From: Candidatus Hadarchaeota archaeon
GTDB taxonomy: Archaea > CAYQAE01 > CAYVLA01
Assembly (NCBI GenBank): GCA_964621445.1
Contig: CAZUNO010000006.1
Coordinates: forward strand, 92,336 to 156,335
Length of the DNA: 64,000 nt
Direction: 5' to 3'
Shown: positions 1 through 9,098 of the stretch, in pieces
How the letters are laid out: every line of letters starts with the position of its first letter
Position numbering within the stretch: the stretch's first letter is position 1
Notes under the pieces: generated by a model
Told to the model about the DNA's origin: nothing
Seen by the model: only the letters and a program-made list of their open reading frames with translations
The model's database searches: none
Program-made: the position numbers and the translations under genes

Positions 1-388
1 ACTATCATACCCAGAAACATCAAAGCAAAAGTAAGATTTTTGCGATTCACCGTGTTCTCCTCCCTTCGCATAGGTACCATCTAGGCTGTCGAAGTCCCGG
101 TCTTCCTTGGTCTGTTGACCGAAATCCTGGGATGCGTCAGAACGATTTCCTCGAGCCTTTACTGGTAGGTGATCCAGGACGCTGTGGGCAATCCGAAGGA
201 GCATGGTGTCCAATCGGGTCCAGGGAACTCTGGGCCTTCAGGAAATCCTCCAGGTATTCCCGGGTTTGGATGACCGGAATTCAAGACACCGATATACACT
301 TTCTGTCACGCTCAAAATCTAAAAAAGATTTCACTGTTGAGAATCATTTACCGGCGAAGCTTGGACGCCTGCGGAGAGGGTCTCCCCC

Positions 389-678
389 GTGCATGTCCTT
401 CGGGCTGTGGGGACTACTTTGGGGTCAGGTATCTTGGGAGCGAGGCCGGGGGTCTCGATTAGGTCGTGGGTGATTCTGGCCGGCGCGTTCCTGATCGTAG
501 GGATCCTTTCCTTTGTCCTGCCCCGTACTTGCCGGGACTGGCAGATGAGCTGGGTACCGCGGTTCTGGCTCTGGCGGTTGCCAATATGCTTCTGATAATG
601 CTCGAAAATATATCGCGGAGGAGTAATGAAACTGGGCCCAGGATGCCGTCTCCCATTCTATGGGCGCCGGACCTTTGA
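389..678 (+). pseudogene. Probable remnant of a small membrane-protein gene, split across two frames
   Basis: Hydrophobic segments in overlapping frames (389..595 WVILAGAFLIVGILSFVL; 466..678 LGTAVLALAVANMLLIML); no family recognised. Confidence 0.3.
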
Positions 679-720
679 CGAGGCCCCCTGTTTTGTATCT
701 AGAGGCGTTGTCAGATCATG

Positions 721-818
721 TGGGCCCGCAGGGATTTGAACCCCGGATTTCCGCCCCGTTTACCCGCTCTTTCCGCGAGAGCTAAAGGCAGCGTCATAGC
801 CAACTAGACCACGGGCCC
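721..818 (-). tRNA. tRNA-Val (most likely TAC) with 24-nt intron at non-canonical 34/35 (intron 783..760)
   Basis: Minus strand: GGGCCCG acceptor/CGGGCCC-A, GTGGTCTAG...TATGAC D arm typical of archaeal tRNA-Val, anticodon stem CTGCC/GGCGG enclosing 31 nt, T arm CGGGG-TTCAAAT-CCCTG. Confidence 0.8.
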
Positions 819-917
819 TTTTTTTGGCAACTTCAAGGGGCCTGTAAGAAAAATATTTTGTTCAGGGCCTTAATGCTTACCCTATGTTTTTATTCTAGAA
901 AGTTCTGGTGAATATAG

Positions 918-1418
918 ATGTGGTCCAAGATAGAGGAGTATTTCCGGGCCTATCCTGCCCGTTGGAAAGTGGTTTCGCATTTGGTAAGACAAGGTCTCTC
1001 AGTCAGCGAGGGCTCAATAAGGAGCGGGGATATCGAGATACCTGCAGTGAGCGTTGCCAGAGCCTGTGGGGTTGATCGGCGGGTGGTTTCAGCTACCGTG
1101 GAGTGTATCGAGGAGGATGACTTTATCAGGAGCGTTTTCAGGGACCTCGAACCGACGCTGTTTCTTGCCAAAGTTGGGCCAAAGATAGGTTACGGGGTTC
1201 TGGAGGTTCTTGTAGAGGACCCCCAGGCTCCCGGGATAGTGGAGACGGTGACCTCCGAGGTTTCCAAAGCGGGAATATCAATCCGTCAGGTAGTGGCCGA
1301 CGACCCGAGGTTTTCCGACCCCCCCATGCTGACCATCATCACCGATGGACCCCTTCCCGGGGAGCTTCTGGAGAAGATCCGCTCAAAGGAAGGGGTAAAC
1401 GAATTGATAATCCGGTGA
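918..1418 (+). CDS. ACT-domain regulator of amino acid metabolism (COG2150-like)
   Basis: N-terminal IEIPAVSVARACGVDRRVV HTH-like segment plus C-terminal ACT (DPQAPGIV...GISIRQVVADDP). Confidence 0.85.
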   Translation: MWSKIEEYFRAYPARWKVVSHLVRQGLSVSEGSIRSGDIEIPAVSVARACGVDRRVVSATVECIEEDDFIRSVFRDLEPTLFLAKVGPKIGYGVLEVLVEDPQAPGIVETVTSEVSKAGISIRQVVADDPRFSDPPMLTIITDGPLPGELLEKIRSKEGVNELIIR

Positions 1419-1483
1419 GGCAACCACCAGGTCTAAAGACGCTAGTGCATAAGATTTTTCCATACCACCATATCTGTCCTGGT

Positions 1484-2194
1484 ATGAACTTCCTCTCAAG
1501 CCTGATTTCCGGTAAGAAGGACGAAAAGGCCCATTCCGTCATGAATAGATATGGCAGAGGGACGTTTGATGGACCGGCAGCGGAAGGCAGTGTAACCACC
1601 AGAAGCCTCAAGATATCCGGGAGCTATCTTTACGTGCCAATTCTGGCCGAAGTTCTGGCCAATAAAGCCGAAGCCGACCTGAAAATTAGCGGGAATATCA
1701 TCTCTCAGGATGATATCCAGGAAGAAATCGAGGACCACGGCGTTGAGGTTTCGGACGTTCGCAAATGGCGTGGTTATCGGTATAAGATATCCGGGGAGCT
1801 CTCCCCGGAGGATTTCATGGATCTCCACAGGGACCTCTGGGATGTGGCCGTTTTGACCAAGGCCAAGACAAAGGGATTTTCCCTATCTTCCAAATCATCA
1901 GTGCCGAAGCCAAAGAAGTTCAGTGATCCCTCCTTTTGCAAGCTCCGAATGCCCCTATCAGACGACAATAAAATCGAGGCATTCAAAGCCGTTGCCCCTG
2001 GAGCTGAACCACAGACCTTTGAGGAGCTGTCGGTCAGCCACATATTCGAAATCAACGACCTGGTAATTCCGGAGGAACTGGAGGGCCAGCCGGCCTCGGT
2101 TATGAGGGTGAAGGCCAAGAGGAAAGGGGTAATAACCAGGGAAATTGCGGTAGACGGTAAAAAGACCGAGGAATCGTTCGATTTCGTGGCTTGA
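1484..2194 (+). CDS. Conserved archaeal hypothetical protein
   Basis: Long ORF; ATG at 1484 (MNFLSSLISG...) preferred over GTG 1415; ends with ELVIP/AKRKGVITR motifs. Confidence 0.7.
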   Translation: MNFLSSLISGKKDEKAHSVMNRYGRGTFDGPAAEGSVTTRSLKISGSYLYVPILAEVLANKAEADLKISGNIISQDDIQEEIEDHGVEVSDVRKWRGYRYKISGELSPEDFMDLHRDLWDVAVLTKAKTKGFSLSSKSSVPKPKKFSDPSFCKLRMPLSDDNKIEAFKAVAPGAEPQTFEELSVSHIFEINDLVIPEELEGQPASVMRVKAKRKGVITREIAVDGKKTEESFDFVA

Positions 2195-2204
2195 GGTTGT
2201 TGTT

Positions 2205-3425
2205 ATGACTAAAGGTAATCTGGAAAGGATAATCCTGGCCTATTCGGGCGGGTTAGATACTAGCGTGGCCGTGAAATGGCTCCAGGAGAACTACTCAGCG
2301 GAGGTAGTTACTCTCACCATGGATGTGGGTCAGGCTTCAGTGGACCTGGAGGCAGCCAAGAAAAAGGCGATGGATTTGGGGGCCATAGATGCCATTTGCC
2401 TCGATGTCAGAGAGGAATTCGTTGAGGAATATGTGGTTCCGGCAATAAAGGCAAATGCCCTCTACGAAGGGGCGTATCCCATAAGCACGGCCTTGAGTAG
2501 ACCTCTGATAGCTAGTCACCTTGTGAAGACGGCGGATGAGTTTTCCGCGGATGCGGTGGCCCATGGTTGTACCGGGAAGGGCAACGACCAGGTCAGAATG
2601 GATGTGACTATAAAGGCCCTGAATCCCGACCTGGAGATCGTTGGCCCGGCCCGTGAATGGGGATTTGGAAGATCAGAGGAGATGGAGTACGCAAGGGAGA
2701 AGGGCATTCCCATACCGGTCGATGCTGATAGCCCTTACAGCACGGATGAGAATCTTTGGGGTAGATCAATTGAGTGTGGAGTGCTTGAAGACCCAATAAA
2801 TGAGCCTCCCGAGGAAATATATGCCCTGACCCGGAGCATAGACGATTCACCGGAGGAACCGGAATACATCTCCATTTCCTTCGAGGAGGGGGAGCCGGTG
2901 GCCTTGAACGGTGATGCAATTTCTGGCGTGGAGCTGGTAGAAAGGGTTGCCGAAATTGCGGGAAGGCACGGAATCGGTCGTATAGACCACCTCGAAAATA
3001 GGGTTGTGGGGCTTAAATCGCGGGAGATATACGAGTGCCCAGCTGCCTCGGTTATCCTAGCTGCCCATTTTGATCTTGAGAAATATGTATTGACCAGTAG
3101 GGAACAGGATTTCAAGGAGACTGCCGATCGGGAGTGGACTAATCTCGCTTATAGGGGGCTGTGGATGGAACCGCTTCGTGAATCGCTTCAGAGGCTGATA
3201 GTCGATCTTAATCTATCAGTAACCGGAGAGGTGAGGATGAAACTGCATAAGGGCGTTGCCAAAGCAGTTTCCCGTAAATCGCCAAACGCGCTTTATGACA
3301 TTGCCCTCGCCACCTACCAGAAGGATAGGGACATTTTCGACCACAGCTCGGCGAGAGGTTTCATTGATCTTTGGGGGCTGGAAGCAAGGATGGCATCCAG
3401 GCTAAGGTCGAAAAAGAATTCCTAA
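2205..3425 (+). CDS. argG: Argininosuccinate synthase
   Basis: LAYSGGLDTS, AHGCTGKGNDQVR, YSTDENLWGRSIE, ENRVVGLKSREIYE motifs; SD GAGGT upstream. Confidence 0.98.
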   Translation: MTKGNLERIILAYSGGLDTSVAVKWLQENYSAEVVTLTMDVGQASVDLEAAKKKAMDLGAIDAICLDVREEFVEEYVVPAIKANALYEGAYPISTALSRPLIASHLVKTADEFSADAVAHGCTGKGNDQVRMDVTIKALNPDLEIVGPAREWGFGRSEEMEYAREKGIPIPVDADSPYSTDENLWGRSIECGVLEDPINEPPEEIYALTRSIDDSPEEPEYISISFEEGEPVALNGDAISGVELVERVAEIAGRHGIGRIDHLENRVVGLKSREIYECPAASVILAAHFDLEKYVLTSREQDFKETADREWTNLAYRGLWMEPLRESLQRLIVDLNLSVTGEVRMKLHKGVAKAVSRKSPNALYDIALATYQKDRDIFDHSSARGFIDLWGLEARMASRLRSKKNS

Positions 3426-4204
3426 ATTCTCTTTCGCCTCGATTTTGAGGGAATGGACCTCCGCTCAAGGGCCTTCTGCATGATGTCCAGGATCCTCCTG
3501 GCTTCGTTCTCAGAGTCCTCGAGGCAATAAGCAGGTCTCCGTCTTATGCGGTTCCTCCTCCAGGACCATTTGATCTTGCCCATGGATTTGATCCCCTTGG
3601 TTGAGGAAAGGATACCATCGACATCCTTGGCTATATCATAGCCGGAACGCAAAGCGATCTTACGGGTCTTTGCCGCTATTTCTTTCCCCCTCATACCCTG
3701 GCGCTCTATAAGCTTGGCCAGGGCCAGGAAAAACTCGTGTGCTATATCCCGCGGGAAGATGAGAGGGTAAAAAGAGCCCCCTCTGTACATTCTATAGAGA
3801 ATCTTCCGGGTCTTTTTCCTCTTAGGGTCTGACGAAAGATTTGGTTTTCTCTTTTTGCTGGAGCGTAGATATGAAAGCAAGGCGGGGTTGAGATTTTCCT
3901 CCAGCAGTTCATGAATTCTGGAGAAGAGTGATTGGGATATCCTGGTCTCCAGCTCCTCCAGCTCAAACCTCGCGTCATCAAGCCTCGCTTCATGTTGTAT
4001 TCTTTGGTATTGGCTTGTTTTTCTCCTTCTGGCTGCCTCGAAGGATAGCCTTGCGCACTTGTTCTCTATGGCTATATAATCATCGGAATGTCGATTCAGG
4101 ATCTCCTCCAGCAGATAGCCCTGCTTTTCACCGCTTTCACCGGTAACCGGCAGTAGCTCGCTGGGCCAATTTGGCAATGCCTGTGTCGGAGGTCGCATAA
4201 CCAT
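3422..4204 (-). CDS. Hypothetical, strongly basic protein
   Basis: 260-aa ORF with AT-rich upstream region, converging on argG; no recognised motif. Confidence 0.6.
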   Translation of the reverse strand: MVMRPPTQALPNWPSELLPVTGESGEKQGYLLEEILNRHSDDYIAIENKCARLSFEAARRRKTSQYQRIQHEARLDDARFELEELETRISQSLFSRIHELLEENLNPALLSYLRSSKKRKPNLSSDPKRKKTRKILYRMYRGGSFYPLIFPRDIAHEFFLALAKLIERQGMRGKEIAAKTRKIALRSGYDIAKDVDGILSSTKGIKSMGKIKWSWRRNRIRRRPAYCLEDSENEARRILDIMQKALERRSIPSKSRRKRI

Positions 4205-4425
4205 TTCATTTATATTAGAGACACTAACTTAAAAGTTGGAGTGGTTACGGTGTCAGCTTTACTCTCTTTCCTCCTACTGCAATCAGGCAGAGGGGAGCTC
4301 TTTCCAGAGTTCCAGAATCCGGTGATATTCGTAGTACTTTTGGTTTTAATGGCCGCCCTTATTGCCTACGCGATCAAGACACGTGAAGCTTAGGGGCCAT
4401 TTTTCACACATTTTGCAGTCCGGCT

Positions 4426-6174
4426 CTATATCTGATCTGGCGATTCTATTCCAAGTAGCGATAGCAAAATTGTCAGCACCTGCTTCGTGGATTCCACAAG
4501 GGCGATCCGGGATGACCTTAGCGGTTCATCCACCTGGAGAACGCGGTGCTTCATGTAGAACTTATTGAAAAGCGAAGCCAGTTCCAGGGAATGATCGGCC
4601 AAGATGTTTGGTTTCATTTCCCTCGCGGTTCTGGCTATGACCTCGGGGGTCCGGGCAAGGCTCCAAATCAACCTTGTTTCCTCGTCCGTGGATAGGCCCA
4701 CTATTTCCCTTTCCAGATCATATTCCCCGGCATTTCTCAGGATGCTTGCCGCTCTGGCGCGGGCATACTGCACATAGGCTGAGGAGTCGCCCTCGAAGTC
4801 GATGGCCTCCTCCCACTTGAATTCGATTGGCTTGTTGGGGTCGACCTTGAGTATATTGAACTTGATCGCTCCGATGCCAACCTGGCGGGCGATTTCCCTC
4901 ACTTCTTGGTTCGAAAGATAGCTTCTTCTCTTTCTAACCTCTGATTCCGACCTGGATATGGATTCGTCGATTACCTGATCGAGGGGCACTGTGTCGCCCC
5001 GCCTGGTGGACATCTTTTTCCCGCCTTCATAGGACACGAAACTGTAGAAGGCGGCCCTAAGGTCCTCCTCATGGCCTAGTATCTGGAGTGATGCCTTGAG
5101 CTCTGCAAATTCGCGTTTATGGTCCTCGCCCAGAACGGTGATGAACAGGTCCCCATCCTGGAATTTGTACTCGTGGTAGGCGATGTCCCTCAGGGTATAG
5201 GTTGAGGACCCATCCTCCTTAATTAGAGTCAGGTGATCCGATTTTCTTCTCTGGAGACCCATTGAAGATAGATCAAGTCCAACGAATTCACCGTCCTGTA
5301 CGATGACGCCTTTTTTCTCAAGTCGCCGGATTATCTGGGGGAGGCGATTTTCCTCTATGAATCGGCTTTCCGGGGTTATCTCGTCGAAATCTATACCCAT
5401 CCTGTTTAGGGTCTCCATTTGCCCCTTGAGGCATTTCTTGGAGGTCTCCTGGAGCTGGCTAAGTACCTCCTCATCGCTATCGGTCATGGATTCAAGCTCG
5501 GCCACCTCTTCCTGTGCACTCCGGCTCTCCTTGATCCTCTTCATCGCCGGAACATAGGTGAAGAATATCTGAAAATCATTCTTGGAGGCGTATTCCTCGT
5601 ATCTTCGTTCAAGGTCCCGGGATCTGATTTCCTTCCTGAGACCCCAGCAGATGACCACAACCTGATGTCCCACGTCGTTCAGCAGATACAACCGCCGGAC
5701 CGCCCATTTCATATGATCAAATATCCTAGCCAGGGAATCGCCGATCATGGAGTTACGGCACCTGGCTATGTTCAGCGGGCCCGTGGGGTTCACGCTGGTG
5801 TGTTCTATGACCAATTTTCCCTGCTTCTCATCAGGTCTGCCGAAACCAGAACCGGATTGGATAACGCTCCTAACCACGGTTGGACCGAACTCAGCCCAGT
5901 CAAAGTCAAAATTCAGATAGCCGTTTATGGCCCTAACTGATTTAACCATATCCGGCTTCTCCAGAGATTTGGCAGCCTTCTCCGCCAATTTTAGTGGGTT
6001 AAGTCCCCTGGCGGCTGCAGCTTTCAGTATCACCGGTGTCGAGAGGTCCCCAAGGTCATCTCTGTTTGGGGCGTTAAGGTCCACCTCCTCGACTGGAACC
6101 GTAAGTCCGAGTTCACTAAGCGAGCTTGAAACCAGTTCCGCCAGTTCGTTCTTGATCGTGAGAAGCGGGTCCAC
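4426..6174 (-). CDS. argS: Arginine--tRNA ligase
   Basis: IEHTSVNPTGPL, YTLRDIAYH, KMSTRRG, FEGDSSAYVQYARAR, C-terminal anticodon-binding domain. Confidence 0.96.
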   Translation of the reverse strand: MDPLLTIKNELAELVSSSLSELGLTVPVEEVDLNAPNRDDLGDLSTPVILKAAAARGLNPLKLAEKAAKSLEKPDMVKSVRAINGYLNFDFDWAEFGPTVVRSVIQSGSGFGRPDEKQGKLVIEHTSVNPTGPLNIARCRNSMIGDSLARIFDHMKWAVRRLYLLNDVGHQVVVICWGLRKEIRSRDLERRYEEYASKNDFQIFFTYVPAMKRIKESRSAQEEVAELESMTDSDEEVLSQLQETSKKCLKGQMETLNRMGIDFDEITPESRFIEENRLPQIIRRLEKKGVIVQDGEFVGLDLSSMGLQRRKSDHLTLIKEDGSSTYTLRDIAYHEYKFQDGDLFITVLGEDHKREFAELKASLQILGHEEDLRAAFYSFVSYEGGKKMSTRRGDTVPLDQVIDESISRSESEVRKRRSYLSNQEVREIARQVGIGAIKFNILKVDPNKPIEFKWEEAIDFEGDSSAYVQYARARAASILRNAGEYDLEREIVGLSTDEETRLIWSLARTPEVIARTAREMKPNILADHSLELASLFNKFYMKHRVLQVDEPLRSSRIALVESTKQVLTILLSLLGIESPDQI

Positions 6175-6185
6175 ACCATCACCCT

Positions 6186-7433
6186 TTAGGGCTTGTATCT
6201 TAATATTGCCCCCAGGCCTCCGAAGGCCATCACCAGTTGTTTACCCTCTTCGGTATCTGTGGAGATGAATCTGACATCCGAATTATACATCTGGGCCAAC
6301 TCGACCAGTTTGTCGTCCAAATCCTTGACCTCCTTCACGATAGGGTTCCCATTCGGGCATCTCGGACAGCTTTCCAGATTATCCACGAACTCCTGGGGGT
6401 TATCAACTACCTTCCGGAATTTCTGTTCACAGGTTTGACATTGGAATTCTACCACCGATTTCTCCAGCTCCTCCGAAATTAACACGGTTTTAACCGCTCC
6501 CATCTGGATTAGTTCTATAATCTCATTGATACCATAGCTGGCCAGGCCTTCCTTTCCGATCTCTCCCAGGAACTTCTTAACGATCTCCTTCTCCTCAATC
6601 ACTTCCAATTCGGATAGTGAGTCGGAAGCTGCGTTAACCAGCTCCCTCAACCCATCCTCATCGGTGTAGGTGATATCGAAAAGGTCGATTATCTTGTCCT
6701 TATGCTCATTTGATAGGTAGCCCCCCTTCATGAATTCCTCCTTGGTGGGCGAGGGACCACCTACCAGAAGACCCTTGAGGTCCTCGATCTGGGAGAAGGC
6801 CAGATTTGCGGACTCGCCGATACGGTTGAAGAACTCGACTGCAGCAGCCTCCCTTAAACGCTCAAACCTCCTTGCCGATTGGCCTCCAGCTCGGAATTTT
6901 CCTGGGACCCCTGAGGTCATCTTCTTCAGGCAATCTATTCGCTTTCCGTTAAGGATCCCAATTGTGGCCTCCCTTCGGTCCAAAACTAGGAGTCCGAACA
7001 CCTCCGTTTCTTTAAGAACCTCCTCCAAGGGCTCCACAACAAATTTCTGGAGGCATCTGTATAGGCTGATGGTGATTGGTTCCGGGGGGTTCAGGGCGAA
7101 TAGCTGGATATCGGTTTCTCCCTCCCTCTCGCTGACGTTTCCGCAGAAGATTATGAGACCATTTTCGGGGGTCTGCTTGTGGAGCTTTAGGAATTGGGAG
7201 ATCTTTTCCAGGGCTCCCAAGACGTTCTTCCTCGTGGTCTTGGACTTGATATTCTGGGCCGTAGAGTATTCCTCTCTGACCGTTTGGGCCACCAGGTTAA
7301 TGTCGTAACCATCGGGTATGTATATGGAGATGAGTTCGGTATGGCGTCCTCTATAGGACTTGAGCTTTTCGAGGGTCTTCCTTATTCTATGTCTCTCTAA
7401 ATTGGATCTATCCAATATAACCCGGCTCCTCAT
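6186..7433 (-). CDS. prf1: Peptide chain release factor aRF1
   Basis: NIKS, YRCxxxF and GGQSARRF motifs; CxxC..CxxC insert in C-domain. Confidence 0.98.
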   Translation of the reverse strand: MRSRVILDRSNLERHRIRKTLEKLKSYRGRHTELISIYIPDGYDINLVAQTVREEYSTAQNIKSKTTRKNVLGALEKISQFLKLHKQTPENGLIIFCGNVSEREGETDIQLFALNPPEPITISLYRCLQKFVVEPLEEVLKETEVFGLLVLDRREATIGILNGKRIDCLKKMTSGVPGKFRAGGQSARRFERLREAAAVEFFNRIGESANLAFSQIEDLKGLLVGGPSPTKEEFMKGGYLSNEHKDKIIDLFDITYTDEDGLRELVNAASDSLSELEVIEEKEIVKKFLGEIGKEGLASYGINEIIELIQMGAVKTVLISEELEKSVVEFQCQTCEQKFRKVVDNPQEFVDNLESCPRCPNGNPIVKEVKDLDDKLVELAQMYNSDVRFISTDTEEGKQLVMAFGGLGAILRYKP

Positions 7434-7438
7434 ACCGC

Positions 7439-7972
7439 CTATGCGGCTACTACCAATCTATAATAGGTGGATTTTCCGGCGGTAGGGCTATTTCTCTTTA
7501 TCCGGATGATGTCCCCGGGCTCGGCTCTTAGCAGTTTGATTAGGGGATCGTTTTGCCTGATCTTGGGCAATTGGCTGGCCTCTATGCCCAACTGTCCTAG
7601 CAGTTTCTCCCGTTCCTCCTCACCTACTATCTCGTGTTCTGGCACTAGCTCATGCTCAAAGAGGTCGATGAGGACGTTTTGCATGTTGAGGTATCTTATA
7701 TTCTCCTTAGCCACCAGTCTCTTTGCGTATGGGGTTAGCGGTGCATCGGATACGATGTGACCCTCAGTGGCTTCCTCCTCCTTGATCCTGTCCCTGAGTT
7801 CCCTAGCCACCGCTACGCCAACCGATCTCTCCCCGGTAATCACTCTAATGATTATCTTCTCGTCATCCGTGGTTCCGATAAGCTCATCTTCGCCACTGGA
7901 CTCTATCTGGTACCCGTCATCCTCGAATCTCTCAACGGTTTTATTGAACATTTCCTCTTCGGTAACGGGCAA
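7439..7972 (-). CDS. rpoH: RNA polymerase subunit Rpo5/H with N-terminal RPB5-like domain (177 aa)
   Basis: C-terminal HELVPEH...QLPKI..NDP...PGDIIRIKRNSPTAG..YYRLV is RpoH; about 100 extra N-terminal residues; TTG start. Confidence 0.93.
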   Translation of the reverse strand: MPVTEEEMFNKTVERFEDDGYQIESSGEDELIGTTDDEKIIIRVITGERSVGVAVARELRDRIKEEEATEGHIVSDAPLTPYAKRLVAKENIRYLNMQNVLIDLFEHELVPEHEIVGEEEREKLLGQLGIEASQLPKIRQNDPLIKLLRAEPGDIIRIKRNSPTAGKSTYYRLVVAA

Positions 7973-8042
7973 AATCTTTCACCATTCTATATTCAGGTTA
8001 GCTGAGTTGCGTTATTAATGTATCATGATGTCCCTATTTGGG

Positions 8043-9098
8043 CTATCGGGTTATCCTAAGCAGGGCCAAGGGCAGATTCCTATAGTCAGAAACGCTCTCG
8101 TACTTCCCGTGTCCCAAACGGGCCAGATCCTTGCATAGGGTCTCCCCTTTCTTGATGCCCCCTACACGAATGACGTTAAGTCTCCTGAATTTGGGGGCAA
8201 TCTCACGGGGGTCCTCCCCCTGGTTGTAGTCTCCGTCGGTGATCAGCACCGCCCACTTGTCTCTTCTCTTGATCTTGTTCATCTCTTCCCGAGCGGCCAG
8301 AAGTGCATTTTCGATATTTGTATATCCCGACGGTTTGAGATCGAAAATCGTCTCGATCATCTGTTCAATGGGAACCTCGGTATTGAATTTCTTCAGAACA
8401 TGGGTCTCGCTTTCAAATAGCTCCACGGCATAGTTGTCGTGCTTCATGCTGTGAGCGAGAACTGCCACCGTGACGGCAGCCATGGCAAGCTTTTCCTCGT
8501 ACATGGAACCGCTGGTATCCAGAATGAGCATGCCCACCTTCTTCCTCTCCAGCCTCTCCAGCCCCACTATCTCCTTGGTTCCCAGGTAACCCATCTCCAG
8601 GTAGTTCTCAAGGGTCTGATCGAGATCGAACTCCTCCATCCCGGGGATGTACTGGGTTCTCCTGGTGAGGTCCTTCCGAATTCCCCTCCCGGCTATTCTA
8701 AGAGCGGAGCGGAGGATGATCTTGGTTGTAAGGCTCAGGAAGAACCTCCTCGCGCCCTCGGATAGGTTCTCCTTGACCCTGTAATAGAGGTCTATTAGCT
8801 CCCAGCTCTCCTTGCTGGATTCCTCAACCATGAATTCGCTAGCTTCTTCGTTGTGTTCCAGGACGTGAGCCACGGCATACTTGTTCCTCTTGGCCAGGCC
8901 GATTAGGGCCGGAATGCTTCTAACCTCCACCGCCAGCTCAGCTAGGTCGGTTACCTTATCCTTATCCAGACCCTTGGTCTTGAGGTATATATCCTGAGGA
9001 TTGCTGGGATTGATTATGTCGTTTCTCAGCATCTGGTCTCGGTCCATCCGACCGAACCTTACCGGTGTGTCATCGGGGGGAGGTTCCCCCTCAATCAC
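8043..9098 (-). CDS. vWA (MIDAS) domain protein, MoxR partner
   Basis: LDTSGSM, SGYTN, LITDG MIDAS residues; GTG at 9098 overlaps the MoxR TGA (GTGA coupling). Confidence 0.88.
   Translation of the reverse strand: MIEGEPPPDDTPVRFGRMDRDQMLRNDIINPSNPQDIYLKTKGLDKDKVTDLAELAVEVRSIPALIGLAKRNKYAVAHVLEHNEEASEFMVEESSKESWELIDLYYRVKENLSEGARRFFLSLTTKIILRSALRIAGRGIRKDLTRRTQYIPGMEEFDLDQTLENYLEMGYLGTKEIVGLERLERKKVGMLILDTSGSMYEEKLAMAAVTVAVLAHSMKHDNYAVELFESETHVLKKFNTEVPIEQMIETIFDLKPSGYTNIENALLAAREEMNKIKRRDKWAVLITDGDYNQGEDPREIAPKFRRLNVIRVGGIKKGETLCKDLARLGHGKYESVSDYRNLPLALLRITR

Noticed and set aside
1-330. Minus-strand coding-like fragments at the window start
   Set aside because: Interrupted in all frames and no family recognisable
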